The notes under the pieces: generated by a model
The model's input: the letters and a program-made list of their open reading frames with translations, nothing else
What the model was told of the DNA's origin: nothing
The model's database searches: none
Shown here: positions 1 to 9,306 of the stretch, in pieces
Numbering within the stretch: the stretch's first letter is position 1
Layout of the letters: every line of letters begins with the position of its first letter
Position numbers and translations under genes: made by a program
From: an uncultured Candidatus Saccharibacteria bacterium
GTDB taxonomy: Bacteria > Patescibacteriota > Minisyncoccia > Phycocordibacterales > PALSA-1337
Assembly (NCBI GenBank): GCA_964394505.1
Contig: CAYMXR010000001.1
Coordinates: 9,878 to 73,877 of the forward strand
Length of the DNA: 64,000 bases
Reading direction: 5' to 3'

Positions 1-1251
1 AACATCACCTGATGATGTAGCGGTATCAACTGAGCCATTGTCGTTAAAATACTGACTCGGATTGCTGTAAATATCCTGACCACCACCAAGAGACCAATCA
101 ACCTGACTCAAATATCCTTGACCTGTTATCTTCGTCTCGTCATTTCCAGATCTCGAGATTGCGACTGAAACGCCAGATATTGGCAATCCTGTTACGACAT
201 CAGTTACGGACACCATCAAACTATTACCATTTTTTGGTACGACTACCAGTTGAATCTCCTGATTATTATCCGGATTCAGAGAAAAAGGACTATTGGGATT
301 GATACCGGCCACATCATAACTATCATCTCTAGGAGTAAGTGTGTATGTATCCCATTCCATAGAATTGAGGTCGAGAATGCCGCTACTATTCGTAGCCAAT
401 GTTTCTGAATATTTTGAAACCCCAGCACCAATGTTTTTTGCTCCAATCAAATCAAAATCGATATTTGCTATTGGCACACAAAGTGGAGAGACGCTAGATA
501 TTCGAAGAGTGCTCAACTTGTCAATTGCAAAACTAGCCTGACTAACCTGTTGATTCAAAATTGTAACATTTGGTTTGGTTGGGTTTGGATTACCAGCACC
601 ACCAAAAGCAAAAGTCTCTTCGGTCGAATAACCATCTTTTGATACAACTATTTTATACATATTTGTACCAGGTGGTACACCTATGACATTTAAAATTCCG
701 TAATTATTGGTAACATCTGTATTTCTAATAGAAGATGTTGCAACACTTTGTAAATCTACAGTTGCACCCTGAACTGGTTCACCATTTGCATTAAAAACTT
801 GAGCAACAAAAGCACCGCCATTCCCTGCCGACTGAAGATTGGCTGGTGCGATCTGGCCCGTTAAACTAACTGGCTGGAAATTGTGACAAGCTGGGCAATC
901 GACATTTACTTCTACCAATCTTTGACTAGCTTGAACCGTACTTGTTGATAGATTAATGTTTCGTATAACCAGATTAACATCGAAACTTATTCCTCCACGA
1001 GAAACCGTCTTGTTTCTTTCCAAAACACCAACAGGTATTCCATCTGTTAGACCGATATTTAGATACGGCATATTTCTAACGATCTCAAGTTGCTCAGACG
1101 CCAATTGTACCGCTAGAGTTCTAGCTTGATTTCCACTTGCAAGCTTGATCAGGTTTGTGAAAGAACTATAAATAGCAACTGCAACAATAAGAAAAATGGC
1201 TGAGCCAACCAAGACTTCCATAAGTGTAAAACCGTTAGTATTTCTTTTCAT
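1..1251 (-). CDS. Type IV pilin-like protein, large, C-terminally truncated by the window edge. The N-terminus MKRNTNGFTLMEVLVGSAIFLIVAVAIY carries the class III prepilin cleavage/methylation motif (G|FTLxE)
   Basis: Translated by hand from the minus strand; the ATG is the reverse complement of 1249-1251. The prepilin motif is followed by a hydrophobic helix. Lies downstream of pilB-pilC on the same strand. Missing from the ORF track because it runs off the window. Confidence 0.6.
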   Translation of the reverse strand, partial: MKRNTNGFTLMEVLVGSAIFLIVAVAIYSSFTNLIKLASGNQARTLAVQLASEQLEIVRNMPYLNIGLTDGIPVGVLERNKTVSRGGISFDVNLVIRNINLSTSTVQASQRLVEVNVDCPACHNFQPVSLTGQIAPANLQSAGNGGAFVAQVFNANGEPVQGATVDLQSVATSSIRNTDVTNNYGILNVIGVPPGTNMYKIVVSKDGYSTEETFAFGGAGNPNPTKPNVTILNQQVSQASFAIDKLSTLRISSVSPLCVPIANIDFDLIGAKNIGAGVSKYSETLATNSSGILDLNSMEWDTYTLTPRDDSYDVAGINPNSPFSLNPDNNQEIQLVVVPKNGNSLMVSVTDVVTGLPISGVSVAISRSGNDETKITGQGYLSQVDWSLGGGQDIYSNPSQYFNDNGSVDTATSSGDV

Positions 1252-1255
1252 TTTG

Positions 1256-1411
1256 TTTATTATAGCAATCCCTAATGATCAATGCTCAATAACCCCTTCT
1301 TCGCTCTCCGCTTCGCTACGAGCTTCCTCCTTCGCTAAAGCTTCGGAAGGACAGGTCTACGGGCAAGCAAGTGAATCGCAGCGTGCTTAATTGGAAATTG
1401 AAAATTAATCA
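1256..1411. repeat. Structured intergenic repeat related to 4549-4700. Shares CAATAACCCCTNCTNCGCTC and an AATGATCAATG block, and holds GGGCAAGCAAGTGAATCGCAG, which is the reverse complement of 4626-4646.
   Basis: Direct and inverted matches, compared by eye. Confidence 0.5.
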
Positions 1412-2629
1412 TTACATCGCATCCACCAAAGAATACATCGGTTGAATCATTGAAATTGCAAAAAATCCTACTGCCCCGCCAATGACCAAGATCAATATCG
1501 GCTCGATAATTGTAGACATATCTTTTGTTTTTTGGTTTACATCTTCCTCAAAATATTTTGCTACGCCCATTAACATTTCTCCAGTTTTACCTGTTTCTTC
1601 ACCAACACTCATCATTTCAACAAAGAAAATAGGATAATATTTCGTATACTCAGCAAATGTTTTTGACATCAATTCACCATTTTTGATAGCAAGAGAGGCT
1701 TTTTCCAAAGCTTTTTGAAAATAAATATTCTGAACAACCCTTGAAGTGATATTGACTGATTCGACTACATCTACTCCAGAACTGAGCAAAGAAGACATTG
1801 TTCTAGCAGTACGGGCAGTGTTAACTTCTTGCACCAAAGTTCCGATGACGGGAATCTTGAGTAAAAAAGCATGGATTGCCATTTTTCCGGAAGTCTTGCG
1901 CGCCCACCAGGATATAACTCCGATGACGGATAGTACAACAGCAAGAACAACCAAACCGTGATCCCTAACAAGATTACTTATAATCAAAACCACCTGGGTA
2001 GTTGCAGGTAATTTGACATGAAGATCGGTAAAAGTCTTGAGCAAAGTCGGAATAACAAACATAAACATGAGTATCGCAATGATGATCATCGCTATCAAGA
2101 TAACCGCTGGGTACATGAGCGCACCTCTGATCCTTTTGTCCAGAGTATATGCACTATCCATCTGTGAGGCTACAATAGCAAGAGAATCTGCCAAAGTTCC
2201 AGATTGCTCTCCAGCATGGACCATAGCAATGAATAGGTTTGAAAATACTTTTGGATGTTTGGACAAAGAATCAGCAAGAGTAACTCCTTTATCAACTTCC
2301 TGAATAACATCAGATATCACAGTTTTGAATACTGGATTCTTTGTCTGTTTCTCCAAAACAACAAGAGCTCTCGAAAGAGCCAAACCGGCCGATAACATCG
2401 CCCCTAGATTTCTAGCAAAATTTATCTTTTCAATAGTCTTGACCCTGCTCAACATAGAGATAGTCAAGTTGAGATGGATGCCTTTTCCATTTGATTTTTC
2501 TTTGTATTCTACAACTTCATCACCTTGACTACGAAGTAATTTGTACAATTCATAATGATCAGAAGCATCTCGCTCCCCTTTGTATATCTCTCCTGATATT
2601 TTTTTTGCTTTGAAAATAAAGTGGGACAT
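1412..2629 (-). CDS. pilC: Type IV pilus assembly platform protein PilC / GspF family
   Basis: 405 aa with two GspF repeats and three TM segments; adjacent to pilB on the same strand. Confidence 0.8.
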   Translation of the reverse strand: MSHFIFKAKKISGEIYKGERDASDHYELYKLLRSQGDEVVEYKEKSNGKGIHLNLTISMLSRVKTIEKINFARNLGAMLSAGLALSRALVVLEKQTKNPVFKTVISDVIQEVDKGVTLADSLSKHPKVFSNLFIAMVHAGEQSGTLADSLAIVASQMDSAYTLDKRIRGALMYPAVILIAMIIIAILMFMFVIPTLLKTFTDLHVKLPATTQVVLIISNLVRDHGLVVLAVVLSVIGVISWWARKTSGKMAIHAFLLKIPVIGTLVQEVNTARTARTMSSLLSSGVDVVESVNITSRVVQNIYFQKALEKASLAIKNGELMSKTFAEYTKYYPIFFVEMMSVGEETGKTGEMLMGVAKYFEEDVNQKTKDMSTIIEPILILVIGGAVGFFAISMIQPMYSLVDAM

Positions 2630-2745
2630 GATAGTGAAAAATTATAAGTGCAAAGTGAAAATTTAGATCTATAAATTTCAAATCAGTTTCAATCTTAAAT
2701 CTAAAATCTAAACTGATACCCGAACAAAACTCCTCAATCTCACAA

Positions 2746-4494
2746 CTAATCTGTAATCACACGCAAAACTTCTTCGATCGTAGTCAAACCTTGAACACAT
2801 TTGAATATACCGTCTTCCAACATGGTCAACATCCCCTCTTTTTTGGCTTGTTCTTCTATTTCACTCGAGGTTGCATTTTTCATGATCAAATTCTTGATTG
2901 ATTGGGTCATAGTCAAAACTTCGTGAATACCGACGCGACTCTTGAAACCATCATCGTCTGGTCCTGGTACAGCTTTCCAAAAAGATATTCTATCCCAATT
3001 ATCAGATGGCTTTATTATCTTCCCAGCCTTAAGCGCAGCTAAAACCCTATCGAGATCAACAATCTTTCCCAATTGAGCAAATTCATCCTTGGTCAATTTG
3101 TATTCTTGTTTGAGATCAGACAACCGACGTACCAATCGTTGGCCGATAACCACATCGAGAGTAGAAACCAAAAGAAATGGCTCAACTTTCATATCCAAAA
3201 GACGAGGAATCGCGCCAGCAGCAGAGTTTGTGTGTAAAGTAGAAAGAACCAAGTGTCCAGTAAGAGCCGCGTTTATAGCTAGTGCCGCTGTTTCATTGTC
3301 TCGAATCTCTCCTACCATGATCACATCTGGGTCTTGTCTAACCAAAGTTCGTATACCTTGAGGAAATGAAAAACCGATCTCTGGTCGAACTTGAGTCTGG
3401 TTTATCCGAGCCATCTGGTATTCGATAGGATCTTCTATTGTCGAAATATTAACATCCGGAGTATTCAAAATATCTAACATTGTATACAAAGTAGTAGTTT
3501 TTCCAGAACCAGTGGGGCCCGTCATGAGAATCATGCCTGTGGTTTTTTTCAGCACTTTATGAATAGCTTCAAGTCCTTCCCCATGAAAATTGAGATACTC
3601 CAAAGTAAAACCAGATATACTTTCGCGCAAAAGACGCATAACTATCTTTTCTCCATAATAAGTAGGCAGTATCGATACACGGAAAGAAACTTTTTCATCA
3701 CTCATGTCCACTTTGAAACGACCATCTTGAGGTAAACGCTTTTCATCGAGTTTCAAATTTGCCAATACCTTGATCCTAGCCGAAACCGATGGACCAGCCT
3801 GTTTTGGAAGCACCATCGCATCATGCAACAAGCCATCGATCCTGTACCTTATCAAAACCTGTTCTTCCATTGGCTCAATGTGAATATCGGATGCGTTTTG
3901 TAAAATTGCATGCTTAATGAGTGTGTCAACTATGCGGACGACTGGTAAATCTTCGGCAATCTTTTTTAGATCGGCCTCTGTGGCGTTTTCTCCACTTTCC
4001 TCAGAGATCATCTTGAGCGATGCTGTCTCTTTTTGGATTAGATCACCGAATTCTGCTTTTAGACTTTTCTGATATTGAACCAAAACTTCCTTGATCGAAT
4101 CCGAATCAGTCAGACGAGGCAAAATCTTTAGATTGACTTTCTTTTTAATAAAATCAATAGCCGAAAGGTCATTTACATCAAGCATTGCAACTTCCAAAGC
4201 AACATCGGTTTTTTTGAAAGCGACGATATTGTGAGCTCTTGCAATAGGTTCTGGAATAAGAGTTAATGTTTCAAAAGGTAGTTTTTTGCCTTTAAGATCA
4301 ACAAAAGGAATACCCAAACCATAGGCTTGCATTCGGCGGAGATTGTCGGCACTGATCTTGCCAGAAGTGACCAAAACATCTCCAAATGGTTTCTTTTTCG
4401 ACTCGCTTTCTTTCTTTGCGTCCAAAAGATCCTCTTTGCTTACCAAGCCAGAGTCGAGAATAAATTTATATAATTGGGTATCTTCAACGAGCAT
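2746..4494 (-). CDS. pilB: Type IV pilus assembly ATPase PilB / GspE family
   Basis: Walker A GPTGSGKTTTLY; Asp box and His box typical of the GspE family. The track start at 4548 is a TTG; the ATG at 4494 (MLVEDTQLYKF) is preferred. Lacks the C-terminal tetracysteine motif. Confidence 0.85.
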   Translation of the reverse strand: MLVEDTQLYKFILDSGLVSKEDLLDAKKESESKKKPFGDVLVTSGKISADNLRRMQAYGLGIPFVDLKGKKLPFETLTLIPEPIARAHNIVAFKKTDVALEVAMLDVNDLSAIDFIKKKVNLKILPRLTDSDSIKEVLVQYQKSLKAEFGDLIQKETASLKMISEESGENATEADLKKIAEDLPVVRIVDTLIKHAILQNASDIHIEPMEEQVLIRYRIDGLLHDAMVLPKQAGPSVSARIKVLANLKLDEKRLPQDGRFKVDMSDEKVSFRVSILPTYYGEKIVMRLLRESISGFTLEYLNFHGEGLEAIHKVLKKTTGMILMTGPTGSGKTTTLYTMLDILNTPDVNISTIEDPIEYQMARINQTQVRPEIGFSFPQGIRTLVRQDPDVIMVGEIRDNETAALAINAALTGHLVLSTLHTNSAAGAIPRLLDMKVEPFLLVSTLDVVIGQRLVRRLSDLKQEYKLTKDEFAQLGKIVDLDRVLAALKAGKIIKPSDNWDRISFWKAVPGPDDDGFKSRVGIHEVLTMTQSIKNLIMKNATSSEIEEQAKKEGMLTMLEDGIFKCVQGLTTIEEVLRVITD

Positions 4495-4548
4495 TAGGTT
4501 AATTATAATGCTATAAAACTTTTTAGTCCAATAGTTGTAAATTACCAA

Positions 4549-4700
4549 TTTTCAATTATCAATAACCCCTACTACGCTCGCTAATCGCGAGCTTCGCAGG
4601 GCAGGCAATGATCAATCAAACACACTGCGATTCACTTGCTTGCCCTTCGTAGCCCCGAGTTTTTATCGAGGGGCGTAGAAGGGAAAATTGATAATTATTT
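4549..4700. repeat. MITE-like palindromic element with imperfect terminal IRs (ATTATCAATAACCCCTACTACG / CGTAGAAGGGAAAATTGATAAT), a central 12/14 hairpin, and a CCCGAGTTTTTATCGAGGGG hairpin
   Basis: Seen directly in the sequence. Confidence 0.5.
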
Positions 4701-4952
4701 AAACCATTTGCACGCATTTGACAGTCATGCTATACTATTGTCGTCAAGTAACTGTTCGCCCACCGGCGAACATGTTTGTTAAAAGGGAGAATGTTTAGTG
4801 CAAAGTGTAAAGTTTTAGTTAATAGTTGATATTTATTATATTAAAATACTATACTGACTCAAAAAACTTAACGCCTTTCCACCACAACTTTGCATTTTAC
4901 ACTTTGCACTTTTCACTTACAATACAATTTAATAAAAACTAAATATAAGAAC

Positions 4953-6113
4953 ATGTTTGATCTAAAAGTAATTAATTCAGTAGTTCAACAATTAGAAGAA
5001 GAACGAGGTATTCCAAAAGAAAAGACACTGGAAGCCATCTCCATGGCCTTTGCTACTGCTTACAAAAAAGAATACGGCAAGAAAGGCCAGATTATTCGCG
5101 CTTCATTTGACCAAAACTCTGGTGCTGTTGAATTTTGGCAGGTAAAGATAGTAGTTGACCATGATCAAGTGATCATGGAAGGCGATGAAGATACTCAAGA
5201 AAATCTCAAAGAGACTGCCGTAGAAGACATCAAGATCCGCTTCAACCCAGAACAACACATTTTCATCGAAGATGCGCGCAAGATAAAGAGAGAAGCGATC
5301 ATCGGTGATGAATTGGTTTTTCCACTTGAGACAAAAGCTGATTTTGGTCGCATCGCCGCTCAGACAGCAAAACAAATCATCATCCAAAAGATTCGCGAGG
5401 CTGAAAAAGTCTCGGTTATGAGCGAATACGGCCAAAAAGAAGGTGAAATTGTCGCTGGAATAGTCGAAAGAGTCGAAAGGGGTGTCATATATATAGATAT
5501 GGGACGAGCGATTGGTGTTATTCCTTACGAAGAACAGATCCCTAGCGAACATTGGAAAACTGGTGACCGTATTCGCGCCTATCTCTTTGCCGTTGAAGAG
5601 ACACCAAAAGGCATTGTCCTCAAGCTTTCTCGCGCTCATCCAAAATTCCTCGCAAAACTATTTGAAACAGAGACCCCAGAGATTGCCTCCGGTGTTGTTG
5701 AGATCAAAAATGTTGCCCGAGAAGCAGGATCGAGATCGAAGATTGCAGTTATTTCTCATGATTCACATATCGATCCGATCGGATCCATGGTTGGTCAAAG
5801 AGGTGTACGCGTAACAACAGTTACCAGCGAGCTTTCTGGTGAAAAGATAGATATTGTCGAATGGAATGAGGATCCTGCTCTATTTATTGAGGAAGCCCTC
5901 TCTCCTGCCGAAGTTGTTTCTCTAGAATTAGATGAAAAAGAACATCGAGCTATAGTTACCGTCACCGAAGATGAGCAATCATTAGCAATCGGTAAGGGTG
6001 GCCAAAATGTCCGCCTTGCCGCCAAACTCACCGGCTGGAAGATTGATATCAAGTCAATTGGAGGAATAGAAGAGTTGGATTTACCTGAGAATGCTGAAGG
6101 TGTAGAGAAATAG
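4953..6113 (+). CDS. nusA: Transcription termination/antitermination factor NusA
   Basis: MFDLKVINSVVQQLEEERGIPKE N-terminus, S1 and KH regions; the track start at 4890 is extended and the ATG at 4953 is used. Confidence 0.9.
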   Translation: MFDLKVINSVVQQLEEERGIPKEKTLEAISMAFATAYKKEYGKKGQIIRASFDQNSGAVEFWQVKIVVDHDQVIMEGDEDTQENLKETAVEDIKIRFNPEQHIFIEDARKIKREAIIGDELVFPLETKADFGRIAAQTAKQIIIQKIREAEKVSVMSEYGQKEGEIVAGIVERVERGVIYIDMGRAIGVIPYEEQIPSEHWKTGDRIRAYLFAVEETPKGIVLKLSRAHPKFLAKLFETETPEIASGVVEIKNVAREAGSRSKIAVISHDSHIDPIGSMVGQRGVRVTTVTSELSGEKIDIVEWNEDPALFIEEALSPAEVVSLELDEKEHRAIVTVTEDEQSLAIGKGGQNVRLAAKLTGWKIDIKSIGGIEELDLPENAEGVEK

Positions 6114-6129
6114 ACTACTAAGGGTTTTT

Positions 6130-6150
6130 ATCTCGAGTTTTTATCGAGAG
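6130..6150. repeat. CTCGAG-family hairpin TCTCGAGTTTTTATCGAGAGA, nested in a larger AGGGTT...AACCCT palindrome
   Basis: Seen directly in the sequence. Confidence 0.5.
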
Positions 6151-6195
6151 AACCCTCAGGGTTGAGCCGTGAAATTAGAATAATTGGAATTAAAC

Positions 6196-6228
6196 AAAAC
6201 CCCTCGACTACTCTCGGGGTTTTGTTTT
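6196..6228. terminator. Rho-independent terminator hairpin (AAAACCCC-loop-GGGGTTTT, T-run on both sides), probably bidirectional for nusA(+) and the minus-strand gene ending at 6208
   Basis: 8-bp GC-rich stem with flanking A/T runs on both strands. Confidence 0.55.
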
Positions 6229-6654
6229 GGAAGACAAGATAATATTTACCTTCTCTTTGAGTTTTTCAAACTCAATAAGATCAACTTTTTTATTGTCTAC
6301 ATTCTGAACATATTCCAATCCAACCTTCAGGTCCTCTCGAAACTGATCAAGGATTGCACCAGTTTGTACTCTAATTATTTCTTTTAATTCATCGAATTTT
6401 TTGTCTACATCGTTAAATCTTTTGTCTATACCACTCAGTCTCTTGTCTATACCACCCAATCTAATATCAATACCATCTAATCTTTGCTCTATAACATTGA
6501 ATCTTTTATCAATAACATCGAATCTTTTACCATTTGTGTCGAACCTTGATCCTGTTTCGTCTCTAAAATCGCGCATCTCTGCCACGAAATCATTGAAATC
6601 TCTTTTGGAGACATAATCTAATAATTGGTGCTTTGGTATTTGGATTGTAGTCAT
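6208..6654 (-). CDS. Hypothetical coiled-coil protein with tandem heptad repeats (IDKRLSG/IDIRLGG/IEQRLDG/IDKRFNV)
   Basis: 148-aa ORF; 21-nt tandem DNA repeats between roughly 6400 and 6560 encode the heptads. Confidence 0.4.
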   Translation of the reverse strand: MTTIQIPKHQLLDYVSKRDFNDFVAEMRDFRDETGSRFDTNGKRFDVIDKRFNVIEQRLDGIDIRLGGIDKRLSGIDKRFNDVDKKFDELKEIIRVQTGAILDQFREDLKVGLEYVQNVDNKKVDLIEFEKLKEKVNIILSSKTKPRE

Positions 6655-6816
6655 TTATTTATTACATTTAGCTATTAACTTATCCATTCTGGCAACAAGT
6701 CGCGTCTCAAAACCTTGCAAAAACTTTATGTGTTCTTGCTTCATTTCTTTTAACTGAATATCAACTTGTTTTCTAAATTCAATTAATTTATCTTCTGTTG
6801 ATTCTGTTTTTGACAT
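6655..6816 (-). CDS. Small hypothetical protein (53 aa, MSKTESTEDKLIEFRKQVDIQLKEMKQEHIKFLQGFETRLVARMDKLIAKCNK)
   Basis: Hand-translated; immediately upstream of and co-directional with the heptad-repeat gene; below the ORF-track size cutoff. Confidence 0.25.
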   Translation of the reverse strand: MSKTESTEDKLIEFRKQVDIQLKEMKQEHIKFLQGFETRLVARMDKLIAKCNK

Positions 6817-7154
6817 TGTTTTAAATATACATTAATTCTCTGCCCTACCTCGTGCATAAGAGGAGAACAAAAAAATTTGTGAGTAAGTGGCAGGTGGAGT
6901 AATTATACCACCCCCAACTTTTTTGCAATCTATTCAAAGAAAAAATTTTGTTGGGTGGTGAGGGAAATAAAATTGGACCAATAATTAAAATGAAATTTAG
7001 TGCTTAGGCAATCATCGGAAGACACAAAAAAGTAGTTGTCAATACTGCAAAAGCCATTATTTCTGCTAGAATCTCGCATATTGTTAGTAGTCGTGGTGAT
7101 CTAGAGGGGTATCGTTAGTTTATTACAAAATATTAATTAACCATTTACAATAAA

Positions 7155-9140
7155 ATGCAATCGTCAGAAATTTTTGCTCTTGTCGCCTCAATTGTAGCCA
7201 TTGTTTACGGCATTTTCTTGATCACATCGATCATGAAGAAGTCCGCAGGCAACGAAAGGATGCAGGAGATCGCCGGAGCTATCCAAGCAGGTGCCAAAGC
7301 TTATCTAAATAGGCAATACCGCACAATTACTATGATAGCTGTTGTTCTGTTCATAGTTTTGTGGATTTTCCTTGGTATTGAGATCGGTATCGGTTTTATT
7401 CTTGGAGCAGTACTCTCTGCTCTAGCTGGATATATCGGCATGAATGTCTCAGTTAGAACAAATGTTCGTACAGCCGAAGCTGCTAGACATGGACTAGGAG
7501 CAGCCCTCTCTCTCGCCTTCAAAGGCGGAGCCGTTACCGGCCTTCTAGTAGTTGGCCTTGCACTTCTTGGTGTTACCGTTTTTTATTCTGTAACTGGAAG
7601 CGTCGAGTCCCTCATTGGCCTTGCTTTTGGTTCAAGCCTTATCTCTGTTTTTGCTCGTCTCGGTGGAGGTATATTCACAAAGGCTGCCGATGTTGGTACT
7701 GACCTAGTAGGCAAAGTCGAAGCTGGTATCCCAGAAGACGATCCAAGAAATCCAGGCGTTATCGCTGACAATGTCGGAGACAATGTTGGTGATTGTGCAG
7801 GTATGGCCGCCGATCTATTTGAGACTTACGCTGTTACAACCATTGCCGCTATGATGCTCGGTGCTGTGCTATTCGAAGGATTCGAAGGTGCTATCTTATA
7901 CCCTCTTGCTTTGGGCGCAATAGCAATATTTGCTTCAATCATAGGTACATGGTTTGTAAAACTAGGTAAATCCCAAAACATCATGGGTGCCATGTACAAA
8001 GGTCTCATTGTTGCTGGGGTACTTGCTGGTATTGCATTCTACCCAGTTACAAATGTGATGATGAAAACCAATGGTACATATAGTGTTCTAGATCTATTTG
8101 CCACAACCCTCATCGGTCTTATTGTCACCGCCCTTCTAGTAGTTATTACCGAGTACTACACATCGACCAAGTACAAACCCGTCCAATCAATCGCCGAAGC
8201 TTCAAATTCTGGACATGGTACAAACATTATCCAGGGTCTTGCTATCTCAATGAAAGCAACCGCATGGCCTCTCATTACTATCGTCGCCGGAATTCTAGCC
8301 GCTTACCATTTCGCTGGACTCTACGGTATCGCTATCGCTGCTATGAGTATGCTTTCTATGGCAGGAATCATCGTAGCAATTGATGCTTATGGACCAATTA
8401 CCGATAACGCTGGCGGTATTGCCGAGATGTCCAATCTTCCAAAAGAAGTTCGCGATGTCACCGATCCTCTAGATGCTGTCGGTAACACAACCAAAGCCGT
8501 AACAAAAGGCTACGCTATTGGTTCTGCCGGACTCGCCGCTTTGGTGCTCTTTGCATCATATACAGAAGAGATCGGTCAGACTGTTATATTTAGCCTGAGT
8601 GATCCAAAAGTTATCGTCGGTCTATTCATCGGAGGGCTTTTACCATATTACTTCGCTGCTTTGTGCATGGAAGCTGTAGGCAAAGCCGCAGGCAAAGTAG
8701 TAGACGAAGTTCGTCGCCAATTCCGCGAAATCAAGGGAATTATGCAAGGTACAGCAAAACCAGACTATGCTCGCTGTGTTGATATCGTGACAAGTGGTGC
8801 AATAAAAGAGATGGTTGCTCCAGCACTCATCCCTGTTCTTGCCCCTATCCTAGTTGGATTTATCCTCGGTCCAATCGCTCTTGGAGGTCTCTTGGTAGGT
8901 TCAATCATCACTGGTCTATTCGTTGCAATCTCTATGACTTCTGGTGGTGGTGCTTGGGATAATGCAAAGAAACATATCGAACAAGGCAATCACGGAGGAA
9001 AAGGCTCTGACGCTCACAAAGCTGCGGTTACAGGAGACACCGTCGGTGATCCATACAAAGATACCGCTGGTCCCGCAATAAACCCAATGATCAAGATCTT
9101 GAACATTGTAGCCCTACTTATTGTTGCGTTCTTGATCTAA
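7155..9140 (+). CDS. hppA: Membrane-bound H+(or Na+)-translocating pyrophosphatase
   Basis: 661 aa, polytopic; motifs [20 protein letters not shown] and [21 protein letters not shown]. Confidence 0.9.
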   Translation: MQSSEIFALVASIVAIVYGIFLITSIMKKSAGNERMQEIAGAIQAGAKAYLNRQYRTITMIAVVLFIVLWIFLGIEIGIGFILGAVLSALAGYIGMNVSVRTNVRTAEAARHGLGAALSLAFKGGAVTGLLVVGLALLGVTVFYSVTGSVESLIGLAFGSSLISVFARLGGGIFTKAADVGTDLVGKVEAGIPEDDPRNPGVIADNVGDNVGDCAGMAADLFETYAVTTIAAMMLGAVLFEGFEGAILYPLALGAIAIFASIIGTWFVKLGKSQNIMGAMYKGLIVAGVLAGIAFYPVTNVMMKTNGTYSVLDLFATTLIGLIVTALLVVITEYYTSTKYKPVQSIAEASNSGHGTNIIQGLAISMKATAWPLITIVAGILAAYHFAGLYGIAIAAMSMLSMAGIIVAIDAYGPITDNAGGIAEMSNLPKEVRDVTDPLDAVGNTTKAVTKGYAIGSAGLAALVLFASYTEEIGQTVIFSLSDPKVIVGLFIGGLLPYYFAALCMEAVGKAAGKVVDEVRRQFREIKGIMQGTAKPDYARCVDIVTSGAIKEMVAPALIPVLAPILVGFILGPIALGGLLVGSIITGLFVAISMTSGGGAWDNAKKHIEQGNHGGKGSDAHKAAVTGDTVGDPYKDTAGPAINPMIKILNIVALLIVAFLI

Positions 9141-9218
9141 ATCAAAACCTCAATCAATCTGTGGTGTTGCTAGTGAACAAAGTTAGGTCTAGAAATAATC
9201 GTATTATTCAAAAATGTA

Positions 9219-9250
9219 CCTCGATAAATACTCGAGGGCATTTTTGTTTT
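9219..9250 (+). terminator. Terminator hairpin CCTCGA-TAAATA-CTCGAGG followed by TTTTTGTTTT; a member of the CTCGAG hairpin family
   Basis: Stem plus T-run 80 nt after the hppA stop. Confidence 0.45.
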
Positions 9251-9306
9251 GATTTAATGCTATAATAGTTCACATAGTTATAGATTATATTTAATTTAAA
9301 ATAAAC

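Noticed and set aside
1196-1390. Plus-strand 64-aa ORF
   Set aside because: It overlaps the minus-strand prepilin-like gene start and the structured intergenic repeat, and its sequence is low-complexity. Spurious.
4495-4548. Upstream start choice for pilB (also dnaA at 52120 and the cluster gene at 38077)
   Set aside because: These track starts are TTG or GTG codons. In-frame ATGs (4494, 52153, 38086) preceded by -10-like hexamers at leaderless spacing are more plausible.
6400-6560. Possible CRISPR-like tandem repeats
   Set aside because: The 21-nt repeats are contiguous with no spacers and encode heptads inside a 148-aa ORF. I found no direct repeat-spacer architecture anywhere in the window.
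5103-9000. Antisense ORFs inside nusA, hppA and other core genes (5103..5639, 5795..6052, 7301..7522, 7583..7783, 8765..8989 and others)
   Set aside because: They are entirely embedded opposite strongly supported genes, with biased composition. Treated as shadow ORFs.
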